DNA from: Haliotis cracherodii
Lineage: Eukaryota
DNA: 64,000 bases
Reading direction: 5' to 3'
Assembly (NCBI RefSeq): GCF_022045235.1
Contig: NW_027266264.1
Location: 21,576,001 to 21,640,000 of the forward strand
Shown here: piece by piece, positions 26,718 to 37,500 of the stretch
How the letters are laid out: each line of letters begins with the position of its first letter
How positions within the stretch are numbered: the first letter of the stretch is position 1
The notes under the pieces: model-generated
The model's database searches: none
The model's input: only the letters and a program-made list of their open reading frames with translations
Told to the model about the DNA's origin: nothing
Position numbers and translations under genes: made by a program

Positions 26718-26775
26718 GAAGAGCTATAAGCGTTATCCAGCACTCACCACGGGGAGGTTGCTCTTCACGAGTGCC
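26718..26775 (-). ncRNA. HDV-like (nested double-pseudoknot) self-cleaving ribozyme at the LINE 5' terminus
   Basis: Minus-strand RNA GGCACUC GU GAAGAGC A ACC UCCCCGU GGU GAGUGCU GG AUAACG CUUAU A GCUCUUC. P1 GGCACUC/GAGUGCU with G1.U wobble, P2 GAAGAGC/GCUCUUC, P3 ACC/GGU, 7-nt L3, P1.1 CC/GG, catalytic C in J4/2. G1 directly abuts the TSD. Confidence 0.8.
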
Positions 26776-27519
26776 TATATACTTGCATTAAGGGTCATAT
26801 TTCGCGTGTGGTCTTCAAAATGGCACAATGTGTATCCGTGAAGCAAAAACTTCACGTATATGCTTTATATCAGGTCGGTGGAAGCTTATGTTAATCTTCG
26901 GAGTGATTGCAGTATCAAACTAATTTGCTTGGTGTTGCCTGTCACTCTTACCACCGTTTTCCCATTGGAGGTAAGACTGAATTTTAAACTAAACTAATAA
27001 AACATGACAGAACGCCTACTTTAAGAGTCTTCTATACAAATATAATTACAAATGCTGTAACAATATGTGGGCCACAAATGCAACAAAAAGTAAATGCTTC
27101 GTGGGCATTGGTGCCTCACTTCAAATGCTGCACGTCACTAACTTTTATTACGATTACAGACATTTGAAATTTCCTACGTAAAATGAAGCATTTGCTGACG
27201 TATCAAAGAGCCGAGATCAACACGTGCCCATTTCTGACTGTTCATATTCCAGGCCTATCAAAGAAAACCAGCACTCTGGAACAACCAAGCTATGTGTCCT
27301 ATTTAACTATTCAGAGCAATCAATAAGTATTTTAGATTACATACTCAAGATATGTCTTAGTGATGACCATGATGTTCTATTGTGGACGGTTCTGTTGTGG
27401 TCAGAATGCGTGTTGTTTGAGACGATTGACAGCCTGTGTGAAGACGTGTAGGTTCCATTATAAATCTATTGCAACATTTGCTGATAGTATTGCATGTATC
27501 TTGCTATCTATCACGTGAG

Positions 27520-27649
27520 AGGGAGCGTTTTGGGTAGCCTAGTGTTTAAGGCGTTCGCTCGTCACGCATGTTTTTGGCGTCACCTCCCGTGATATTGCTG
27601 GAATATTGCTAAGAGCGACGTAAAATCATACTCAATCACTCACTCACTC
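27520..27649 (+). mobile_element. tRNA-derived SINE family A (internally deleted)
   Basis: gggtagcctagtg..gcgttcgctcgtcacgc joined to ccgtgatattgctggaatattgct...(actc)n. Confidence 0.8.
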
Positions 27650-28487
27650 TCATGTGAGAGGTACTACTATCAAGCGAGACCTGTTGAGAGGTGTTATATT
27701 TCAAGTATAAGACCTGCTTGGAGGTTTCCCTGTTGAATTGTATATAAATAAATGAATAAATAAATCCTTTCCACATTCATACGAAATCTCTGCTAAAAGT
27801 CGATTCTACCATTCCAACTATATCATGAGCATGCGTTTATGAATCACCATCAAATAGTTGTGATACTAGGTGTTCGCATTCTGCGCCTAAGGTGACACCC
27901 GTCACAAACTGGCTCTTAATTTGGATCTAATACTGATTTTTGACTGGTTAACCTGCAACCTAAAATATCATGTCTAGTATAATTGTAACCCACTGTTTTC
28001 CCAGTGAGCCACCAGGGCAGGTGATGAAAGGGTGTTCAATCTTACAATTAGTATAGTTGTCTGCAAGCTGCACATGGTCTCTCCAGCCTGCTGTTATCAA
28101 ATCCTTTTGTACCATGACTGCTGTATTGTTTCACTTTAAGGTAACCTGATGTTTTCTTATTCTTTCAGGTATTTCTTTCAAATACAATGCTCTTGGCCTT
28201 TGGCATTGCTCGTCATTCCACCTGAAGAGATAACCCAAGCTGTGTCATGTTGGTGGTTGCTGGGTATCGGGTGTGAATTCTCCGCCCGAGAACTTCCCAC
28301 TTATGTTCTGTTAGGGTCATGACAGGTGACGTATCTGACAAGTCCAATGTCCGAATGCCTTCTCGTGGGGTATAATCGCTGTCGACCTAGAAACAATGTG
28401 GACTGGCATTGTCATCTTGCACTTCAAAATTTTGGCCGATAATTTGACCGAAAGGATCAAGGACAGGACGCAAAATTTGGTCAACAT

Positions 28488-28920
28488 ACGAGGGGCGTTC
28501 AATAGGTTTTGCAACTTGGGCATTTGTGTTTACACAAACTATGTCAACTTGTGGCAGGTGTGACACTAGTCATAACATCAGGTTGACACGTGTCATAGCA
28601 AGTTCCAGACACAACATTAAGTTAGATGTGATGGCTTCATTCACCTAATGGTGGTCACACTCATCGATTCTCTCAAACATGAACAACACACTGTAATAAA
28701 GTTCCTTACCAAGGTGGGATGCAAAGCAAAAGAAATCCACGGTCGCATGTGTAAAGTGATGGGTGAGGATGCTCCTGCCTATTCCACAGTTTGACGTTGG
28801 TCTCTACAGTTTAAAAGGGGTAGGGAGTCCATAGACGATGACCCAAGGTCAGGCAGGCCTTCAGAAGCCACCCAACCGGAAACCATTGCTGCTATAGAAA
28901 GCCTTCAGATGACACCCACC
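28488..28920 (+). mobile_element. Mariner (SETMAR/Hsmar-type) 5' fragment
   Basis: TIR-like start tacgaggggcgttcaata; VIKFLTKVGCKAKEIHGRMCKVMGEDAPAYSTV*RW...DDDPRSGRP. Confidence 0.8.
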
Positions 28921-30559
28921 GGGAAGAATTTTGTCGGACCGACGAGTGAAAGGATCAGAACTTTCTAGGGAATTCCAAATATCAGTTGGAACTGTTGTAA
29001 CCAGCGGATAAGGGTACAATATGAAGACATAACACGAGCAATGATTAAGGTCAAGGTCCTGAGAACTCCATATCTCGGTAGTGTCTTCTCTCTGACGTTT
29101 CCTGCCCATGAGAGTATGGACCACTGCCGAATTTGAGGGCGACATGAGGACCTTACATTGTCGTTCAATAGCAATGTTGCTGTTACATCTGCTGTATGCG
29201 ATCTATCACTGTCGAGCCTTTCATCAAATTGTTCTGCCAGTGTATCCGCCCACATCATTATGTTGCCAAGGCAAAATTTGCCCTTCAAGTTCCTACGTTA
29301 TGGTACACACTGGTCGCTGAAATTGTTAATTTCTCCATTAGAAATTGGACTATCGCAGTTGACGATGTTGTTGTCTGGCAGGCTGTCCGTCTGTGTGGCC
29401 TGATTCACAAAGGCAGTTCCTGGTCATACATCCTTCACCATCCTAGAATTGTTGTTGTTATAGACCTCTGGTGCCGTTTGAAGCTGCCCTGGACAACTAT
29501 TGTAACAGTCAATCAGACCTGGGCCGGTTACGTGACGTTCTACGCTGTTTGTAGCGATATCTTAATCCAGAGACTACGGTGTTCTCCTGACACTCGTTCG
29601 ACGACGTTGTGCAGATGTACCCGTGTGATATCATTTTCTGTATTGTTATTATCGGCTATAAAGCGTTTGGTCGTTGCTGCGTTTTGATGATTCCAACAAT
29701 GACATTAATCGGCTGCCTACTTCGCATCACGACAAACACATCCAGCAGCATCTAAGGGAAAATCCTTACAGTTGGATGTGATTTGGTTTGGTTTGTTTGT
29801 TTGTTATTTAACGCGGCGCTCAGTAATATTCCAGCTACATGACGGCGGTATGTATATAATCGAGTATGGACCAGACAATCAGTGATTGACATTATGAGCA
29901 TCGTTCGACGCATTTGGGACACGATGACATGCATTAACCAACAGATTATTGAAAATTGGTACATCGAGAAAATGTGAAAATGTGAGTTTTCTGATGTCAT
30001 ACGGAAACATCAGCTAAGATACATGTGTACTCTTCTTTTTGAACAACATCACATTAATCCGTCACGAACAATGGATGACGTCATTTTCAATTATTTGCGA
30101 CAGTACGTTCATATAAGAAATCTATGGGCCTTTCGATAACCATAATAAATAAATAAATTGTACAATTCTGATGAAAGCATGACCAGAAAAATATAACCAC
30201 ATTTACTGACCATGTCAGAGAGGAAGTTCATTTGCTTTTTCCAAAGTGACATATACAGAGGTTATCACGCGAGTAAATATCCTGTATTAGAAATAAACAC
30301 TATGTATTTATGAATACAATGATTCCCAATACAGTATATTAACCATCCCCAAACACACAAGCGTGATAACTTCTTTATCATACAATGTCATTCATCAATG
30401 CTGTGCTCGAAAATCGCTTTCCATCTCTCACAAGCATTACATAAACGTTGCAACTGGAGTGTGCGCATTAATATATATTACGCCAGGGGGTAAGTGATGT
30501 GTCAGTCGGACACACATATTGTTTTAAGTTGCCTTTCGCGGCAATCCATCGGTCTAACG

Positions 30560-30945
30560 GAAAGAGTAATTGCCCTTTATCAAAGGGAAGCTCCTCTCAC
30601 TCTAGCAGACGGCCTGTCCTGTCATAACGTTAGGAAATGTAATCGGATGTACATACAGCGACAAAACGAAACAAGGTAACATATTTCGGCCAAATCAAAC
30701 TGTTTTATTTTGTGAAGAAGGTCCAAGCCGTAGAGGCCTATAAGCACTGATATGAAAAGTGATCCTCGCAAAGTTGTTTCGCAATTTATACCTCCAAAGT
30801 TGCCCAAACTTGTAAAATGCCTTAGCTACGTCACTGGTTTTCAGTGTATTGGAACTATTCTTTTGATAACGATTACGATAGTTTCTCAAGATTCTCGATG
30901 GTTAATTTTGACTTGATCGCCGAATGACAAGGACGACGCCATGTT
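30560..30945 (-). mobile_element. Possible Crypton-like remnant
   Basis: Broken frame MASS...KNSSNTLKTSDVAKAFYKF resembles Crypton/DUF3504-associated N-termini; recognition only. Confidence 0.3.
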
Positions 30946-31342
30946 TGTTTCTAAACAGTGAAACTAGTACCTACTTGACAATTGGTATTTGTATATCTAT
31001 CCGAATATAACCCCAACGGATATCGTTTTTATCCGTATGCGTTATCCTCCTGAGAAACCCAACCATTGTATGAGAAAAACGAATATATGCATATCCCCCA
31101 TGTTTTCGCGTTTAGGTCTACTGCAGGTTTTAAAAAGCATGACGCTCAAGACAAACTTGCTTTCGTGCCTTCTTACTTTCACGGTTAATTTACTGTTGGT
31201 ATTTGTTTAGCATGATATGCGAAACGTATTCCGTACAGCCTTTTTCGTAATGCGGAAACTGGTTCTATTATCAAGCAGATAATATTAATGCCGAACCCAT
31301 TCAATATGTATGTACCTTATTTTATTCAATCTGAACATAAAA

Positions 31343-31680
31343 TGTGACCCACCTGGAGAAAAGGGACCTTATGGGTGCTAGGATCCATATTGTTCTTTGA
31401 CGTAAACTTCCGTAAAGACCGCTTCCGTGCGGACTGTAAAACAATCTTATTATTCTTTCGTTGGTTCGTAATGTAATAAAACATTATTTCAAAGCAGTTC
31501 AACATACATAGCTCCTTTCAATTAATCAGACATTATATCTAAAAACTGCAGTTATTGCATAAACGGTAAAAGCTTATCTATTGTATTTTTGTGGTCCTCA
31601 GATACTGTAGTTTTAAAACATAATAAGACGTCAAAATGTGATTTTCACCCATAAGGTCCCTTATTTAATGGTTTGTCACA
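31343..31680. mobile_element. Unclassified MITE
   Basis: Inverted ends tgtgac...aagggaccttatgggtg / cacccataaggtccctt...gtcaca. Confidence 0.65.
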
Positions 31681-32289
31681 AATAATGATTTCAGATCGAA
31701 AACGAAAAACCGGTAGCCGCTCGCGGAGAACCGCCATATTGTCTTCCTAAACATCTACCCGTGTTTTTTCAAACCTTAATGCTTAAGTTGACACGCATAG
31801 TAAATTTTATAACGTATTTGGAGGTAGATGATGGAGGAATGGATACAGTAAACACACCTATGCTGATATCTATTTCAAGATATAGACAAGAACAGGAATT
31901 AGTTCTTCATGAAAGTTTGAAGACATTTGCTACTGGAGTGGATGGTTAACTTAGCATATTGTTTTTGTTATATTAATACAAGATTGGTCTAAATATTTAT
32001 GAATATTTTTAATTACCTTTACCCCCATTGGGACAGGGGTGGGAATAGGTTCCCAGTACGCCTTTGTTGGTCGTAAGGGAAAATAGAATGGATCGGGTGG
32101 TAATCCTCAATGCCTTTGTTATTTGTATGTCATCGTCACCTGACGGCTTTGAACGTTGCTAATAATATCAACCAATGGGTTGTCTGGCCCTGACTAGATT
32201 CTTTCCAGCCTGACTACAGAGAGAAACATGCCAAAACAATTTACACTGATTAATACATTTTCCTTAATCCATAACCCTTAATACAATCA

Positions 32290-33360
32290 AGGAAGAACTT
32301 TCCGTATTTTCACAGAAAGTATCTGAGTCAAGTGGAATTAATATCATGTGGATTCTTAAAAACGCAGAGGATTTGCTTGAATTATTTTGTACTTCACTGG
32401 AGGAACTTGAGGAAAACCTTCATTCTGTGATCGTTGGGGCATGGTTACCACATATACAGTTACTTATCCAACTTCAGAGGTTCAGGACAAGTTGTCAAAT
32501 CAGAAAGCAAATGCCCTCTGAAGTTTGCTGAGAAAAAATATTTGAAATGCTCGACCCTCTTTGATAACATTTATGTGCAACTTGGGGGTAAGACATTCAG
32601 ACAAGCATTGTCAGGAAACTTGTCCTTTAAATACATGAGTCCATCAGAGGGTGCACAACCTGCAAAGCCGCTGTCCAATGGTCGAGACCCGACTAATACA
32701 AAGCGTTGTCCTCAGGTGCCAATCACAGTAAGGCTGCCACGTGCTGCATGTGCGACACATGTTTGGTCAACCTTCAGTATGCAACACAATCAATCACAAT
32801 GTCATGCTTCAGTGGCCAACCGGCAAAAGTTGGCATCCCCATGGGTATCAGTTGTTCATTGTCCTCCCCGTCTTGCTCATCTGTTTCTTTATGTATACAA
32901 ATTGGAATTTGTGCTCGGATTGGAAAAGACGAAACAAGGGAAGCTTAACATAAGCTTCAGGTATATCGATGATCTAATATCATTCATTACCAGTCAAATA
33001 GCCAAATACCTTCCACTACTTTACACACCTGAACTCGAAATAGAAGAGATCAGTGAGGCCGCATTATCTGTTTAATGTTTAGATCTCTTCATAAAGAGTC
33101 ATGGTGACAAAAACTTTCCCTGTGTGTTAACAATATTCCAGCAGCTTCAGCATTTGGCGTCTACATTTCACAACGTGTGAGATATAATTCAGCATGTTCT
33201 TTCTGCAAAGTGTTCGAAGAGCATCATACTACATCAGCTGAATAGTTGTTTGATCAAGGATACAAAATTCGAGGCCCCGGTGAAGCTTTCAAAAATGTAA
33301 TAATGGACATGTGGACATTTGACGCACCAGTGACAAAAATGATGTCCGATCTTATTTCCC
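32290..33360 (+). mobile_element. Penelope-like retroelement RT remnant (possibly Naiad-type)
   Basis: MWILKNAEDLLE, LFDNIYVQLGGKTFRQ, VGIPMG, LAHLFLY, FRYIDDLIS, NIPAASAFGVYISQ, LFDQGY; unrelated insert at about 32610-32825. Confidence 0.75.
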
Positions 33361-34539
33361 CTTTGACTTGTACTATATTTTCTTATCATGACTATTTGAT
33401 AGTTATTCATAAACATGCTCATGACATAGTCGGTATTGTACAATCGACAGCTTTAAGCAGATATTAATTATTGAATATGGAAGCTTTTTTTCGCTTCTGT
33501 TTACATATAACAGACCCATGATGTACCGTTGTTGCTAGTATCATTGATAATAATCCCTTAATCAGTTCCAATGTATTTAGATGTAAATGTTTAACATAAA
33601 TATCAAATACTGTCAATATATTCAATATCGTTATTCCGTTTTGGTTGATGCTATTTAATGATTTAGTGATGATAACATGAGAAAACAGAGGCGATGTCAT
33701 CTCCGAAACACTTCTGTTATATTTGACAGAGATGCAAATGTGAAGCCACTTGTGAGTGTTCAACATTGCTGTACTAGTCGTGCACGAGGCTTTAGAATAC
33801 ACATGACTGAAAAATAACGCTATAAATGAAGGACCGACAGTTTTGGATGCTAACATTTTTGTTAACACGAAAACATTCGCCCCAGGTATAAACTCTATCC
33901 ATCGCCCATCTTGCAAACTAAACATATGATATAATCGATACAAATACTCCCATATATGCCGTTCAGAAAGATGCATATTAACTTAGCATGTATCGACCAA
34001 ACCCACATTGAAAATGATGTATGTACGTAATGTAAAAAACACACAACTCATTGGCTGAGTGAATGAGGTTATGGAAATGTTTAATATTATACAAATAATT
34101 AGATCAGATTAAGTTAATTGTTGAAACAAATACCCTTTTAATAATGTTAAAATAATTTTGACATATTATGGTAATACAAGTTCGGCTTAAATACTATTCA
34201 TAATTGAACATATACTTCTCAAGAAATAAACAGTAAAAACAAAATGGTACATGTATGTAGGGGAGACTTTGAAGCCGAAGGGGCTAGGAATGTATCCACA
34301 GGGGAGGAAGAGTTACATCTTAGTACATACTCTCCGGAGGACATTGGAAATAGATATCATTGTTAGGGACTACTACTCCTAAGGAATCAATGTCCTTGCC
34401 CAGGGACTAATATTATATCAAAGTCAGTTTGATTTAATGCCGCGACACCGGCTCCAAATTACATGGAGATGTGAGGAAATATATTTCAGAAAATCTGAAA
34501 TAAGTCTGCTTGGCGAGGAGCTCAGGTTATCATGGAGTG

Positions 34540-37500
34540 TCACTGATCGCTGTTCGTTGTATTTAGACCTTCTATTGTTGTATAATTCTTGTTATATAGA
34601 GTTGGCAGTTTGGACCGATTCCACCTTCTGAAGCACAGCAATGGACCAAACAAGAGTAACTGAAAGAAAGAGTGGGAGGAGTATACCAGTAAATGATGGG
34701 CAAAGGCAAATCATGTGAATCGCATAACAAATGTTATATTTGGGAAAACACTTTCTAGATCTGAGTATAGTACAGATTCCGGAGTGGGGCACCTAATCGC
34801 CAGCACACAAAGTCAGCGATCTGACCCGCCAGCACACAAAGTCAGCGATCTAACCCGCCTCCACAAAAATGAATGTCCGATAACTTGTAGTCTAGATCAC
34901 GTACTTTGTGTACCCCTCTGACATGTGTAGATTGACACGGCTCCCTTGGCCGAAAGCTACGAAGACACAATGCCATTTATAAAGTGTCAAATGTAACAAA
35001 TGCTATTTTGGGTTGAGTCCGGTCCGGGTGGGGCACCTAATCTCCAGTACACAAAGTCAGCGATCTGACCCACTCATGTGAATCTTGCATTTATCAGCTA
35101 CTTTCAAACTTATTTCTCACTGACTCACTGATGTATTATTTTGTTAATTTCTAAAATGTGTCCCTCGTGTCAAAACCCCTTTAAATGGTTCAGCATTAAT
35201 TTAACGATAAAACGATTCTTACCGGAAGCAAGAGGACAGGAACACAAGATGTCATTGCCCAGGCGAATCCGAAGTGTTCTGTGATAATACCGCCTACGAG
35301 AGGCCCAGTGAAAGTCCTTGAAAGGAATGCAATTTGTGAGAAATATGTGAACAGACATATTGGTGCACATTTACAACACTTTTTGTATGTTTGTAAACAT
35401 TCTAAAATGTGGAAGTCTGAACATATACATATGTTACATATGTCTTCCTTGTGGTCAATGACTTGCTAAACACACGGAGTCGATTCCTCACATGGATGCA
35501 ATGTTCAAACCCCAATCTTACTATCCCTCGCAGTAATAAAGCGTGCATATTGCTAAATTGATGCCGGAAACAGACCATAGCAATGTGTGTTTTCATGATC
35601 CGACAAGTTAACTATATACACCTTCATATTGAGAATGTGCGTACCAACAATTTACAAATGGGTTTTGAGGAGGCACGATCGTGTACATTATTCATTGTCA
35701 TTATCGGAATTTAAATTATTATTGATTATTTCTGAAAAATATATACGTACCCTAAATAGTTAGCTGACTGAATTATGCCCGATATTAGCCCGAAAGTAGC
35801 ATTGCTATCACTGTATCCCAGTTCTCTAAAACAAGAAAGTTACTTCATATACTCATCCAAAGACATGGTATTATTCTTATGTTCAGGTTGTGTATTAATT
35901 CAAATAAAATGATTCGAGAAACCATAAATCAAAATCACGAAATAATGGTGTGTATACATTGGTATATCTGGTATTATTGTGTCTCACCTTGCTTGTTCGA
36001 AGATGTATTTGATGGAACTAACAACCATTGGAGCAGTGCAGAATCCAACCAGCCCTACAGTCAGTATACTCAACCACAATGTGCTGTTCAAGTAGAAAAT
36101 TCATATTATTTTCTTCTTCATCACCTTTTGATATTCAGCCAATTAATCGTTATTCACCAAACTGCACACTTATGAGAGGTAATGCTGGTTGTAAGAACTA
36201 ACAAATGTGAAACCAGAACCGGAATCGGGCAATATAATAAATTGTCGGTATTCATGTGAAGCAACGTGTTTGTGAGGACTTGCTGAAACAAAATCAGCCC
36301 ATTCTTTGTCATCTCATAGATGGCTTCCTTAATACTTGCATACTCTCGTGCACGTCTCTTCGGTTTGGTGAAACACAATAACCTCAAACCAGAATGAACT
36401 ACTTTGCTTTTTAGATTACGTAATGGAGGAACCTCTATGCATTTCCGTCCTAATAACATCACTTGCAGTATAATTAATATCTTCAAATATAGAAAGTTCC
36501 ATGCGTCTGCCTAGCTTCTCAAGACAGAAGTACTCCTTTTGATGGTATCACTCCTAGTCTGGGAAAAACACATGTCTATCATATATGCAGCACATTTTAA
36601 CTAGTTGGTGCACTTCAAGTGTAATGACCTTAACCCTTAGTTTTAACCAATCGTAAATTCTAACTAAATTTTCACGTGTTTGATTTGTTCTACATTTGCA
36701 AGTAAACATGCAAATGACGGTGGTCATATTTACAGAAATGGGCATTTTTGTGAAAATGGCAATACAGTTTACGAATGACCTTAATTCGTGACCTTTTGTC
36801 TTTCTCATCCTAGGTAAATGGTTCTCGAGTGCTCAGGCTATGCACTTGAGGACGACCTTGACCCAGACTGATCAATGTGTCCCTAAAGTGTTCGAGGGAT
36901 AAATTGGACATATTCGTGAGATGATATCCCTGAGCCTTCCAAGCACAGCGTGGATTCAACAACCATGGTGGAAGGAGCCACCTTCTGACTTAACAATGGG
37001 ACTGCTCGAACGTTTTGCTTTGACCATCATACCAGTTTCTTCAACTTACGTTGGTACACACGATATGAAGGGAGCTGGTCCTAGAAACAAAAAGACAGTT
37101 GCTCCACAACACATGCCAGCAATTGTCACTGGAACGACTGGCAGCTGAAAGGTGAAGAACGAATACAACATTATTGCATACTTGATCGTAGAACATACGA
37201 GTTCAGCTGAGATGTTGAGGATTGAGTGAGTGAGTGAGGTGCGTTACGCCCCTTTGCTATAGTGAGGGAATGGTCTGTCAGCAATAATCACTATAAGAAA
37301 ACTATATGTTCCGAGTCTTGGCTAGCAGCGATCCATGGAATCGGCTGACGCTGAAACACAATTATCAAAGTCACCTAGTCTGACCTTCTTTAAATAATCT
37401 CTACGACTAGTAAGGCAAACCCTGAATACCCATGGGGGCGCAAATGAACAATCTTTAGCTTGTCCAAGCTGAACTCATCTTGGCAAATATGAACTATAAT

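Larger units (their letters stand above)
15467..26775 (-). mobile_element. I-group (Nimb-like) non-LTR retrotransposon, formerly full length, decayed, with nested Gypsy and internal duplication
   Basis: ORF1 (about 26107-25032, continuing 24360-24026) has three CCHC knuckles (PNPLRCTKCQKFGH..., CHGCGDNH..C, CANCEGQH..SKSC). ORF2 from 24029 has APE (IQWNCRGL, CLQET, GDLNGH), RT (FFDLEKAYDT), RNase H (TDGSK, FSDSLSCLQAI, WLPSHVGITGN..AD) and a C-terminal CIPC..H...C. It has an (ACTC)n 3' tail at 15467-15480 and a TSD atatacttgcatta at 15453-15466 and 26777-26790. Many frameshifts. Confidence 0.92.

Noticed and set aside
32290-33460. Selenocysteine/SECIS feature in the Penelope-like remnant
   Set aside because: The copy is too degraded to distinguish recoded UGA from decay; no GIY-YIG region or SECIS fold recognised.
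33464-33976. 170-aa minus-strand ORF / alternative last exon of paralog B (GLLSMILATT...)
   Set aside because: Weak acceptor and no recognisable homology; exon 34659-34540 has a strong acceptor and correct phase.
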